Shown here: positions 29,985 through 39,601 of the stretch, piece after piece
How positions within the stretch are numbered: the first letter of the stretch is position 1
Layout: each line of letters starts with the position of its first letter
Made by a program: the position numbers and the translations under genes
The notes under the pieces: model-generated
Database searches by the model: none
What the model was told of the DNA's origin: nothing
What the model saw: the letters and a program-made list of their open reading frames with translations, nothing else
Source of the DNA: an uncultured delta proteobacterium
GTDB lineage: Bacteria; Desulfobacterota; Binatia; Binatales; Binataceae
Assembly (NCBI GenBank): GCA_963808235.1
Contig: CAWEEQ010000004.1
Location: 128,001-192,000 of the forward strand
DNA: 64,000 nucleotides
Reading direction: 5' to 3'

Positions 29985-31406
29985 GTGAAGGGTTTTGTTC
30001 CAACGCCAAGTGAGACGGTAGACCTGATGGTTGACCGTCTCTTTTTGAACCGCCGCCCTGCGTCAAATGCGTTGGTTCTGGATCCCGGTTGCGGCCATGG
30101 CGAGTTCATCGACGGTATTATTCGTTGGTGCGCAAAACACCGCGCGGGTGTCCCTCGAATTGTAGGAATAGAGTCAAATCCAAAGCACGCAGATATTGCA
30201 CGGGCGCGATTCGGGAAGTGTTCCTCGGTTGAAATCCGGGACTCGGATTTCTTGGCGGACGCGCAGCCGGAAACATACGACTTCATACTGGGCAATCCGC
30301 CGTATGTACCGATCACGGAGCTCTCCGAGCGCGAAAAGCACTATTACCGGGAACGATTCGAAACGGCGACTGGAAGATTCGATCTCTATCTGTTGTTCTT
30401 CGAGCAAGCGCTGAAGCTTTTGAGTCCTACCGGTAGGTTGGTATTCATCACTCCCGAGAAATTCCTATACGTAGAGACTGCGCAGGCCCTTAGAAAGATT
30501 CTCGCGCGCAAGAATGTTGAAGAAATCCGGTTGATAAACGAATCGACTTTCGCGGAACTCGTCACCTATCCAACAATCACGACGATCTCGAACCAAGTGA
30601 GTCGGCCAAGTTCGACGCTAGCGATCCTGCGAAACGGCGTTGAAGTTAAAATAGTTCCGCCTGTGGACGGTTCCTCGTGGCTGCCCACCATGATGGGTCA
30701 CAACGGCAATTCCTCGGGTCTCACGCTGGAAGAGGTCTGTCTACGGATCAGCTGCGGAGTTGCCACGGGAGCAGATGACGTTTTTGTCAGGGTGGCGGAT
30801 ACTCTTCCCGCGAACCTGCGACGATTTGCGTATCCGACAATCGCGGGGCGCGAGATGGGCGATTTCAACGATGCCTTGGATTCTCGCAAGCTAATCTTGG
30901 TTCCATACGATCTCGATGGAACCCTGATTTCTGAAGATAAACTCGGGAAACTCAAAGATTATCTTTCGCAACCCGATATTCATTCCCAACTGATTCAACG
31001 AACGTGCGTTCGACGAAAGCTGTGGTACGCGTTCCACGAGACCCCGCCGCTCAACGACATTCTGCGGCCAAAGATCCTTTGCAAAGATATCACCGAACGG
31101 CCCAAGTTTTGGGTCGATCAGAAAGGCAAACTCGTCCCTCGCCATTCGGTCTATTACATTGTGCCGCGAGACCCGGCGGTCATCGAAGGCCTGTGTGACT
31201 ATTTGAATTCCAAATTCGTCGAGGAATGGCTGCGATCCCATTGCCAGCGAGTCGCCAACGGGTTTCTTAGACTACAGAGTCATGTCCTCAAGAGGCTTCC
31301 TGTGCCTCCCAAATTCGCTTCTCGGCGGAGAGCGACTCGAAGCCATCCTTCGGTCGGACGGCGGAGCGAGGATACGCGAACGGGAGAACTCGAATTCGGA
31401 CGATGA
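29985..31406 (+). CDS. N6-adenine DNA methyltransferase, gamma class (TaqI/Eco57I-like)
   Basis: FVPTP, VLDPGCGHGEF (motif I), ILGNPPYV (motif IV), FDLYLLFFE..GRLVFITP; C-terminal TaqI_C-like region. Confidence 0.9.
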   Translation: MKGFVPTPSETVDLMVDRLFLNRRPASNALVLDPGCGHGEFIDGIIRWCAKHRAGVPRIVGIESNPKHADIARARFGKCSSVEIRDSDFLADAQPETYDFILGNPPYVPITELSEREKHYYRERFETATGRFDLYLLFFEQALKLLSPTGRLVFITPEKFLYVETAQALRKILARKNVEEIRLINESTFAELVTYPTITTISNQVSRPSSTLAILRNGVEVKIVPPVDGSSWLPTMMGHNGNSSGLTLEEVCLRISCGVATGADDVFVRVADTLPANLRRFAYPTIAGREMGDFNDALDSRKLILVPYDLDGTLISEDKLGKLKDYLSQPDIHSQLIQRTCVRRKLWYAFHETPPLNDILRPKILCKDITERPKFWVDQKGKLVPRHSVYYIVPRDPAVIEGLCDYLNSKFVEEWLRSHCQRVANGFLRLQSHVLKRLPVPPKFASRRRATRSHPSVGRRSEDTRTGELEFGR

Positions 31407-32187
31407 CAACGCCTTTCGATCTGGTCATAGACGAAATAAAAGCACGAGGATTTCACAACCACCGCAAGGAGGGACACTCCGACGCGCTTAGTCTTGGCAT
31501 CCTCAAGGATCTCGTTCGCACTTGCGAGCCTCTTCGCACTGATATTGAGAACCGCGCTGTCAGGTCTTGGCTTAATGTATCGGTACCGGGAAGGACAAGA
31601 GAGAACTGGACCTTCTCATAGGAGGAGCGCGAGAAGGTGACGAGAACTCGCCCGACCTGGAAAAAGTCAGAGTCTGCGTCGAGAATAAGTCAGTGGTCAC
31701 CGCTCACCGCAATCGCACCACCCGCTATACAGATCTGAGCGAAGTAATGAAGGCCGTTCACGCTGCCAGAGAAGAGGCGGTATTAGTAGCTACGGTGCTG
31801 ATCGGGATCGCGCAAAAGGTACTGAATGTTCCGGACCGAATAAAGCCAGCGTTTCGGAACAACCTCAAGAAATTCGAAAGGAAAGTTGTTCCAAGGCTTT
31901 CGTCGGGCGACGCCAGGCTTTGGAAGGAATTCCCGCTTGCGGTCAGTAAAAATCGACCGAACGATCCAAGAATTACAATGGAAAAATTTCGCGGACTCTC
32001 GACGCGAAGGCCCGGACATACTCATGTGCTCGGCTATGATTTTGTGCTGCTGGTTCCGGCCTTCATCGATAACGTCAATCCTCCTTACTTGGCGCGGGAA
32101 AACGGATTGGGAATTGATATCGACGCAGATTACCATGCGATGATCGCCCACATATGCAAGGCATATACGGCTCGATGGCATCTGTGA
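31403..32187 (+). CDS. Putative type II restriction endonuclease (PD-(D/E)xK), frameshift near 31600
   Basis: ATGA overlap with the MTase; ORF 31403 joins the frame of ORF 31693 to give ELDLLIG...RVCVENKSVVTAHRN. Confidence 0.65.
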
Positions 32188-32427
32188 GCCGCGCGCCGCG
32201 TTTCACACCGCGGTTGTCGCTTAGACGCAGGATGAGTCTCTAGGGGACTCCCGTCTGCCCATTGATGACTGCATCGCCGCGTTGTCAGACAGAAAAAAAT
32301 TCGACTGGGCCGCCGTGGTGTTGGAGAACCGCGACCAGGCCCCATAACCCACTAGAAGGGGCGTCGCTTCGCAATCGCGTCAGGGTGGTGATGATCGGCA
32401 GGGTGTACTCTGGCGGGCTCCGTAAAA

Positions 32428-32626
32428 GATCCGGGGCCCTTCGGCTTCGCTCAGGGTGACACAAAGAGAGGAATGCCGGATCAAAGAGAAGAGCATCGCT
32501 GAGATCTCTCCCTTAGTCGGGAAGGTCACGTGCGTTGTTGGGTGTCTTGCTTGAGGCGGCTGCACCCTCACCTACCGGCCGCCGAGCGGCCGGCCTCCTC
32601 TCCCGTAAAAAAACTGGCGAGGTAGG
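32428..32626. repeat. Cluster of REP-like palindromic elements
   Basis: GATCCGGGGCCCTTCGGCTTCGCTCAGGGTGACA (32428-32461) and CACCCTCACCTACCGGCCGCCGAGCGGCCGGCCTCCTCTCCCG..GAGGTAGG (32563-32626) resemble common dispersed intergenic hairpin repeats. Confidence 0.5.
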
Positions 32627-32707
32627 AAAAGATCGAGGTCGTCGCGTGGGACGGTTTCTTGTGGAGCGTCGTCAGCGGGAGCACGATGACGGGATCGCTT
32701 TCTGGCG

Positions 32708-32794
32708 GACCGAGAGCAAAATACCGTTCGCGGGATTTTGCGATTGATCACCGGGTGCAGGGGTCACCCCTGCCGCCCCGCGCGTAGCGGTCTG
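32708..32794 (-). repeat. Right inverted repeat of the R-M cassette
   Basis: Reverse complement of segments within 29363-29462. Confidence 0.92.
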
Positions 32795-32930
32795 AATTTG
32801 AATCCCTATTGATGATTCGCTTCGCCGGCCTAATCGGCAGAATCCAGCTAAACTTATCCGGGCGCGATTCTTCCAGGTCCGTGGATCATCGGTCTTAGAT
32901 TCGCGGGCGGCTGGCTTTTTTCGTCCCAGT

Positions 32931-34469
32931 TTAGGATTGGAGCTTTGCAGCTTGCTGATCGACAAAGCGAGCGAGCTTGCGGTTCCAGGTTGAGAGGGTT
33001 GGCCATAGTTGTCCGTAGATCTCGGCCAGCTCCGCGTAGGCTGCCTTCTCGTTTGGCCTCGGTTCGAAGGTTCGAACGACAGCGCCGGCCATCGCGGCGG
33101 ATGCCTCGGCAAAACTCCGGAACCAGCCGCATCCCCTGGCGGCTGCGATTGCCGCGCCGAGAGAGGACGCCTCCTTGCTGGTCGAGCGATGGACGGGAAC
33201 GCCAACCGCATCGGCGAGGATCTGCATCCACGGATCCGATGCCGCGCCGCCGCCCACCGCGACATAGTGGTCGATCGTCTGTCCGCTGGCAGTTTGCAGG
33301 CGCCTCGACGCCATCGCCTGCTCGAGCGCCACGCCCTCCAACAGCGCGCGATAGAGATCGCCGCGCCGGGTCGATCCCGACAGGCCGGCGATCACGCCGC
33401 GGGCCGCCGAATCCCAGTAGGGGGTCATGCACCCCTCCCAGTAGGGGACGAGCATGACGCCATTGGCGCCGACCGGCGAGGCACTGGCTTCGGCCTCGAG
33501 AGCGATCAGCGTCTCGAGTTCTCGCTGAGGGTCGATGCCTAGGATCTCGCGCGTCAGCCAGTCGAGCAGGAAGGTGCCGGAGCGCAGGCAGGTCTCGAGG
33601 ATATAACCTCGATCGGCGACCGCCGTCTCGGTTCGGAACGCGGCGTCGAAGGTATAGCGCTCGGAATAGGTTCCCGAGACCACGGCGGTGCCGAGGTTGA
33701 TATAGGCGCGGCCGGGTCGGAGGAAATCGACGCCGGTACCCGCGCACTGTCCGTCGCCACCGGCCGCGAACACCGGCGTGCCGGCCGGAAGGCCGGTCGC
33801 ATCCGCACTGGCTTCGGTAACGGTTCCGATGAACGCGCCGGGTCGCACCAGCGACAGCATCTTGTCGATCGGGACGTTGGCCGCCGCGAGAATTTCCTGC
33901 GACCAGGCCAACTGCTCCATGTCGAGGACGCCCATCGGGTCGGCCGAGGCGGTCGAGGTTGTCCAGCGGCCGGTGAGCCGGAAGCAAAGATAGCCATGGA
34001 CCTCGGCGATATAGGCGGCGCGATCCAACAGATGCGGCTCGTTCTCACGCAGCCAGACCATCCGGTAGAGGCAGGGCGTGATGTCGACCGGCTTGCCGGA
34101 GATGGCGTGGATCTTCTCGGCGCCGAAGCTCGCCCCGAACCGGCGCATCTGGTCGATCGCGCGCTCGTCGAGCCATACGATGGCAGAACGGATCGGCTCG
34201 CCGCGCTCGGCGAAGAGGCCGAAGGTCTCGCGCTGGTTCGAGATCGCCACGCCAGCTATGTGTGCCGACTCGACCTTTGACATGAGCTCACGCAGCGCCA
34301 GAGATGTCGAGCGCCACCAGTCTTCGGAGTTCTGTTCGAAATAGCGCGGGCGAGGCTGGGCGAGCGGGATTGCGGCACGCCCTTCAGCCACCGGCGCGCC
34401 TGTCCGATCCCAGGCGATCGCCTTGGTTGCTGTGGTCGAGGAATCGATTCCGATGACAAGCTCGCGCAT
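32931..34469 (-). CDS. FGGY family carbohydrate kinase (xylulokinase-like)
   Basis: IGIDSSTTATKA, ISNQRET, AGGDGQCA, LYRALLEGVA, AVGGGA. Confidence 0.9.
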   Translation of the reverse strand: MRELVIGIDSSTTATKAIAWDRTGAPVAEGRAAIPLAQPRPRYFEQNSEDWWRSTSLALRELMSKVESAHIAGVAISNQRETFGLFAERGEPIRSAIVWLDERAIDQMRRFGASFGAEKIHAISGKPVDITPCLYRMVWLRENEPHLLDRAAYIAEVHGYLCFRLTGRWTTSTASADPMGVLDMEQLAWSQEILAAANVPIDKMLSLVRPGAFIGTVTEASADATGLPAGTPVFAAGGDGQCAGTGVDFLRPGRAYINLGTAVVSGTYSERYTFDAAFRTETAVADRGYILETCLRSGTFLLDWLTREILGIDPQRELETLIALEAEASASPVGANGVMLVPYWEGCMTPYWDSAARGVIAGLSGSTRRGDLYRALLEGVALEQAMASRRLQTASGQTIDHYVAVGGGAASDPWMQILADAVGVPVHRSTSKEASSLGAAIAAARGCGWFRSFAEASAAMAGAVVRTFEPRPNEKAAYAELAEIYGQLWPTLSTWNRKLARFVDQQAAKLQS

Positions 34470-34582
34470 GCAAGGGCTCAGCAACCGTGGGCACAAAACT
34501 TATGCCAGCCGTATCGGTCACAGCAAGAGCAGGGCCCTGCCGATTCGCTTTTTGCGGTGCTTCGATTAAACATTGCACGCTA

Positions 34583-35818
34583 ATGGATTCGCGAGCTGAC
34601 GATATCGCGGCGGCGCCGGTGCGCGCGATCACTTCGAGTGAAGCGGCGCATACCGTCTTTGCGAGCTTTCTCGGCTGGGCGCTCGACGCTTTCGATTTCT
34701 TCGTGCTTGTTTTCGTGATGCCGGCGGTGGCCGCGGAGTTCCATCGCCCGGTCTCGCATATCGCATTCACGATCACCGCGACGCTGGCGCTGCGGCCGGT
34801 CGGTGCGCTGGTCTTCGGATGGGTCGCGGATCGCTATGGCCGGCGAGTCCCGCTGATGGTCGACGTGATCTTTTATTCCGCGGTCGAAGTGATGAGCGGG
34901 CTCGCGCCGAGCTACCGATGGTTCCTGTTCATGCGCGCGCTGTACGGAATCGGGATGGGCGGGGAGTGGGGCGTCGGCGCCTCGCTCGCGATGGAGGCGG
35001 TCACGCCGCGATGGCGCGGATTTTTCTCCGGGCTGCTCCAGGAAGGTTACGCGGTCGGATACCTGCTCGCGGCGGGCGCGTTCTTTTTTGTCTTTCCGCA
35101 CTACGGATGGCGCGCGATGTTTTTTATCGGCGGCGCGCCCGCGCTGCTGACGCTCTATATCCGCGCCAAGGTGCCGGAGTCCGAGGCGTGGGAGCGCACC
35201 CGTCCGGACATGGCGCGGATTCGCCGCGCGATTCGCGGGAACCTGAAATTATTTCTCTATCTGTGCGTTCTGATGACCGCGATGAATTTCGTCTCGCACG
35301 GCACGCAGGACATGTATCCAACGTTCCTGGAAAAGCAGCGCGGGCTCGATACGCGGACCGTCGCGACGATCGCGCTCATCTATAATGTCGGCGCGCTGCT
35401 CGGCGGCCTGACCTTCGGGATGCTGTCGGATCGAATCGGGCGGCGTCGCGCGATGGCGATCGCGGTGATCTGCGCGGGACTTGTCATCCCGCTGTGGATC
35501 TATCCGAGCACACTGGTCGTGCTGACGATCGGCGCATTCGTGATGCAGTTCATGGTGCAGGGTGCATGGGGCGTAATCCCGGCGCATCTGACGGAACTGT
35601 CACCGCCGGAAGTGCGCGGACTGTTCTCGGGCCTCGCATACCAGATCGGAGTGCTGCTCGCGTCGGGCGCGGCGGTGAGCCAGGCGATCCTCGCGGAGAA
35701 ATATGGCTACGCAGCAACGCTCGCGGGGGTAGCGGCGATCGTGATGGTCTCGGCGACGGTCGTCATCATGCTCGGACGCGAGCGCATGGGTCGCGACCTG
35801 CACTCCAGCGCTGCGTGA
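34583..35818 (+). CDS. MFS transporter, SHS (JEN1/NanT-like carboxylate) family
   Basis: FLGWALDAFDFF, ADRYGRR, GMGGEWG, SHGTQDMYPTFL. Confidence 0.9.
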   Translation: MDSRADDIAAAPVRAITSSEAAHTVFASFLGWALDAFDFFVLVFVMPAVAAEFHRPVSHIAFTITATLALRPVGALVFGWVADRYGRRVPLMVDVIFYSAVEVMSGLAPSYRWFLFMRALYGIGMGGEWGVGASLAMEAVTPRWRGFFSGLLQEGYAVGYLLAAGAFFFVFPHYGWRAMFFIGGAPALLTLYIRAKVPESEAWERTRPDMARIRRAIRGNLKLFLYLCVLMTAMNFVSHGTQDMYPTFLEKQRGLDTRTVATIALIYNVGALLGGLTFGMLSDRIGRRRAMAIAVICAGLVIPLWIYPSTLVVLTIGAFVMQFMVQGAWGVIPAHLTELSPPEVRGLFSGLAYQIGVLLASGAAVSQAILAEKYGYAATLAGVAAIVMVSATVVIMLGRERMGRDLHSSAA

Positions 35819-35826
35819 ACTTTGAT

Positions 35827-37180
35827 CTATCCCGCGAGGCGCTCCGAACTGACTTCCTCGAAGAGCCGCGGTAGATGCCTCCGCACTTGCGCTGTCATCT
35901 CTTCGTCGGAGATTGAGGTGGTGCGGCCGGCGTCATACTGCGCGTCGACCCATTTTGCGATCTCGGCTACTTCCGGCGAGCGTTTTTCTACCTGGCGATT
36001 GCGCGGCAGACTGAAGTACGCGTTGATCCACCATGCGATTCCCGCCAAGCCGGAAGTTTTGTCGACTGCTACGCGCGGCGGGCGGCGCAGAATCTTTGCG
36101 GTGTCGAAGACGTTGTAGATTTCCTCGTCCTTGAGCAGGCCGTCGGCGTGGATGCCGGCGCGGGTCACGTTGAAGTCGCGGCCGACCAATGGATAGTTGG
36201 CGGGAATCCGGTAGCCGATCTCGCGCTCGAAGTACTCCGCGATCTCGGTGATCACCGACAAATCCATCCCGTTCGTCGAGCCCTTCAGCGCCACGTAGTC
36301 CATAACCAACCCCTCCAGCGGAGGATTTCCCGGTCCGCTCTCCGTAGCCGAGAATCGTGCCGTTCGCGTACATGCATCCGTAGAGCCACGCCGCAGTCGC
36401 GTTGGCGAGCACTTTGTGAAAATCGTTATGCCCGTGCCATTCCAGTTGTTCCGGAGGCACGCCGCATTCCTTGCGCAGCCCCTGAATCAGCTTCGGCACG
36501 CTGCGCGGCAACGCGACGCCCGGGTACGGCACTCCGAATCCTAGCGTATCGCATACGCGAATCTTGACCGGAATTTTGCTCTGCGCGCTTAGTTCCATCA
36601 GCTGCGATACGAACGGCACCACGAAGCCGTAAAAGTCGGCGCGCGTCGCGTCTTCGAGATGGCATCGGATGCGCAAGCCCGCATCGAGGGCCGCATTGAC
36701 GATCGCCAGATAATCGTCCATCGCCTGTCGCCGCGTTTTCCCGAGCTTCAGAAAAATATGGTAGTCGGAGCACGAAGTCAGGATTCCCGTCTCCCGCAAC
36801 CCCATCTCCTGCACAAGTTTGAAATCCGACTTGACCGCGCGAATCCATCCGGTGACTTCGGGAAACTCGTACCCGCGCGCGACGCATCGATTGACCGCCT
36901 CGCGATCCACCTTCGAATAGACGAAGAATTCCGTCTGCCGAATGATTCCGTTGGGACCGCCGAGCCGATGCAACAAGTCGTACATCGCGACGATCTGCTC
37001 GACCGTGTACGGCGGACGCGCCTGCTGCCCGTCGCGAAAGGTCGTATCGGTGATGAAGAAGTCGGGGGCGGGATCGAGCGGCTCGATAACGCCATCGAAG
37101 ACGATTCGCGGCACCGCGTCGTAGGGGAAGATCTCGCGAAGCAGATTGGGCTCCGTCACGTCGACAAGTTCGTGTTTCAT
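35827..37180 (-). CDS. DRE-TIM metallolyase, Re-citrate synthase-like; frameshift near 36325
   Basis: EPNLLREIFPY..ITDTTFRDGQQARPPY, RCHLED, EWHGHNDF, GERTG, then FNVTRAGIHADGLLKDEEIYNVFDT in ORF 35827. Confidence 0.8.
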
Positions 37181-37295
37181 GGGTCAGGTCCTCGCTTCCG
37201 ATCTAGGCTTCGAATCAACATGTGTCAAGCTGTACGGTACCTTACTTATGATGAATTTTGATCGCCTGCGCGGCGGGCGCACCTGCGCAGTGGGC

Positions 37296-37476
37296 GCAAG
37301 GGGTGACCCCTTGATCCAGTGGCCGGAAAAATAAAGACGAAATGGCGCGGACGCCATTTCGAAAAAGTGGGTAAGGGAGGAGAAGAAGTGCGAGACCTGT
37401 TTCCGACCTAACTAGTTCTAACAGGCGCATAGCGCCGCATCTTTCTTTTAATACTGGGTGCAGGGGTCACCCTGCC
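37296..37476. repeat. Second inverted pair of the cassette-end palindrome, enclosing ~130 bp
   Basis: GCAAGGGGTGACCCCTTGATCCAGT (37296-37320) faces ACTGGGTGCAGGGGTCACCCTGCC (37453-37476). Confidence 0.7.
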
Positions 37477-37661
37477 CAAGGAAGCGTGAAACCCACGGCG
37501 GGTTTCACATTCAATAAAGTGATTTACCCTTCCCCCATCGCGGGACTTTCGATGCGTATCAATCGCCAGTCCGCTGCCTCGTCCAGGCAGTCGCCAAACA
37601 CGCCGGCGTAGTTGCACGTCAACTGAAAAAAGCGCTAAACGAACGGTATGGAGGTGAAGCG

Positions 37662-38774
37662 ATGAAATTTGGCCTCTTCTATGAAATCTCGGTACCGCGA
37701 CCATGGGGGCGCGAAACCGAAAAAAATGTTTACGACAACTGCCTCGAGCAGGTCGCACTGGCCGATTCGCTCGGCTTCGATTCGGTGTGGGCCGTCGAGC
37801 ATCATTTTCTCGAAGAGTATTCGCATTGCCCCGCTCCCGAGTTGTTCCTGACCGCATGCGCGATGAAGACGAAAAAAATGCGCGTCGGCCACGGGATCGT
37901 GGTGTGCGTGCCCGAGTTTAATCATCCGATAAAAATTGCCGAGCGCACCGCCGTGCTCGATATTCTTTCGGGCGGGCGCCTCGACGTCGGTACTGGAAGG
38001 TCCGCGACGTGGACTGAGCTCGGCGGATTCCGCGCGAGTCCCGACGAAACCAAAAAGACCTGGGACGAATTCGTACACTGCCTGCCGAAGATGTGGACGC
38101 AGGAGCGCTTTTCCTACAATGGACGCTCGTGGTCGATGCCGCAGCGCACGATAGTTCCCAAGCCGTATCAGAAACCGCATCCGCCGCTGTGGGTCGCGGT
38201 CACCAGCCCCGGCACCGAGATTGATGCGGCCGAGCGCGGGATGGGCAGTCTCGGACTGACCTTCGGCGGATTCGCGGAGCAGGACGAGAAGGTCAAGCGC
38301 TATCGTAAAATAATTCGCAACTGCACTCCGGTCGGCGAGTTTATTCACGAGTCGGTATCGACGGTGAATTTTCTCTACTGTCATGAAGACGACGCCGAGG
38401 GCGTGAAGGTCGGGCGGCGGCTGACTGGGACGTTCAATTATCTCGCCGCGCAACTGCTCGCAGCGCGCGAGGCGTATCCGAGCAAATCGTATCCGTCGCT
38501 CGGACTGCTGCCGTCGTTGCGCCAGGAGGCGTCGGGCCCCGGCGATGCGTCGGGCGCTCCCGAAGGTATCGCGATCGGAAATCCCGCGCGCTTGGTCCGC
38601 GAACTCAAGAAGTGGGAGGCGGTTGGCGTCGATCGGGTTAACTTTTTGCTGAACGCGCTCGAGACGGTGCCGCAGGAAAAAGTTCTCGCGAGTCTGCGCC
38701 TGTTCGCAAAAGAAGTGATGCCTCAGTTTGAGGGCGCGAGCACTACCGCTTCCGCCGCCGCAGGAGGCCGCTGA
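37662..38774 (+). CDS. LLM class flavin-dependent oxidoreductase
   Basis: MKFGLFYE, GFDSVWAVEHHF, LDILSGGRLDVGTGR, PKPYQKPHPPLW. Confidence 0.92.
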   Translation: MKFGLFYEISVPRPWGRETEKNVYDNCLEQVALADSLGFDSVWAVEHHFLEEYSHCPAPELFLTACAMKTKKMRVGHGIVVCVPEFNHPIKIAERTAVLDILSGGRLDVGTGRSATWTELGGFRASPDETKKTWDEFVHCLPKMWTQERFSYNGRSWSMPQRTIVPKPYQKPHPPLWVAVTSPGTEIDAAERGMGSLGLTFGGFAEQDEKVKRYRKIIRNCTPVGEFIHESVSTVNFLYCHEDDAEGVKVGRRLTGTFNYLAAQLLAAREAYPSKSYPSLGLLPSLRQEASGPGDASGAPEGIAIGNPARLVRELKKWEAVGVDRVNFLLNALETVPQEKVLASLRLFAKEVMPQFEGASTTASAAAGGR

Positions 38775-39526
38775 TGCCGCGATTTGGAACTTTAGATCTC
38801 TCCGCGTGGAACAAATCGGCGCCGAACCTCAACGGCTACAAGACCGAGCCGCTGGTTCTGAAGGGCGCGCAGATTCTCAGTATCAACATGGAGATCGACG
38901 ACGATCCCGCCGACGCGCTGATCCCGCGGACGATGCATCCGTCGATACCGGAGTACGCGATCTTCAACGTCACCAACTATCCCGAGAGTCCGTTCGGTGC
39001 GTTCGCGATTGCCGAGGTCCGCGTGTCCGGACGCACCGGCGTGCGCCCGCGCGGATTCGTGTTGCGCAGTTACTGCAACAATGAAGATGCGTGCCGCGAG
39101 CTGGCGTCGAGGTGGGGCTATCCGACCGCGCAAGCGGAAGTGAAGCTCGATATCCGACACGATCGAGTAGTCGGGCGGGTCACGGCGGGCGGACGTCCGG
39201 TGCTGGAGTGCGAGCTGGTCGATCGCGACGTGATCGCCGGCGGCGATATCCAGTACATCGCGAGCATGCACATGGCGCGCAACAAGGAAGACGGCAAGCT
39301 GGTGCTGATCCAGGTCGATCCAGATTTCACGTTTTCGAAAGCCGAGCGCGGCAAGCCGCATATCGTATTGCTCGACAACGACGCATTCGGCGCGGGCAAC
39401 AATCTCCGCCTTGGCAATCCGATCTCGGCGACCTTCACTACGGCCGAGGTGACGCTGCCGAAGATTCGCTACGTCTGCAATCCGGAACTGCCCGCGATGC
39501 AGGGGACGACCAAGGTCGCCGCCTGA
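38774..39526 (+). CDS. Acetoacetate decarboxylase-like (ADC) family protein
   Basis: PESPFGAF..RELASRWGYP pattern of the ADC fold; translationally coupled to the LLM gene. Confidence 0.65.
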   Translation: MPRFGTLDLSAWNKSAPNLNGYKTEPLVLKGAQILSINMEIDDDPADALIPRTMHPSIPEYAIFNVTNYPESPFGAFAIAEVRVSGRTGVRPRGFVLRSYCNNEDACRELASRWGYPTAQAEVKLDIRHDRVVGRVTAGGRPVLECELVDRDVIAGGDIQYIASMHMARNKEDGKLVLIQVDPDFTFSKAERGKPHIVLLDNDAFGAGNNLRLGNPISATFTTAEVTLPKIRYVCNPELPAMQGTTKVAA

Positions 39527-39601
39527 TTTTCGCAGAGCGATAGTCATGAGGCCGCGACGCCAACGTGCCGCGGCCTTTTCTTTGGCGCTGAGGTCGCATC
39601 C

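Larger units (their letters stand above)
29363..32794. mobile_element. Putative non-autonomous inverted-repeat-bounded cassette carrying an R-M system
   Basis: Long inverted repeats, AT-richer cargo, inserted between maf and a sugar kinase; no recombinase inside and no clear target duplication. Confidence 0.5.

Noticed and set aside
29200-37520. CRISPR array or integron attC interpretation of the palindromic repeats
   Set aside because: No regularly spaced direct repeats, no cas or intI gene, and no clear RYYYAAC/GTTRRRY boxes.
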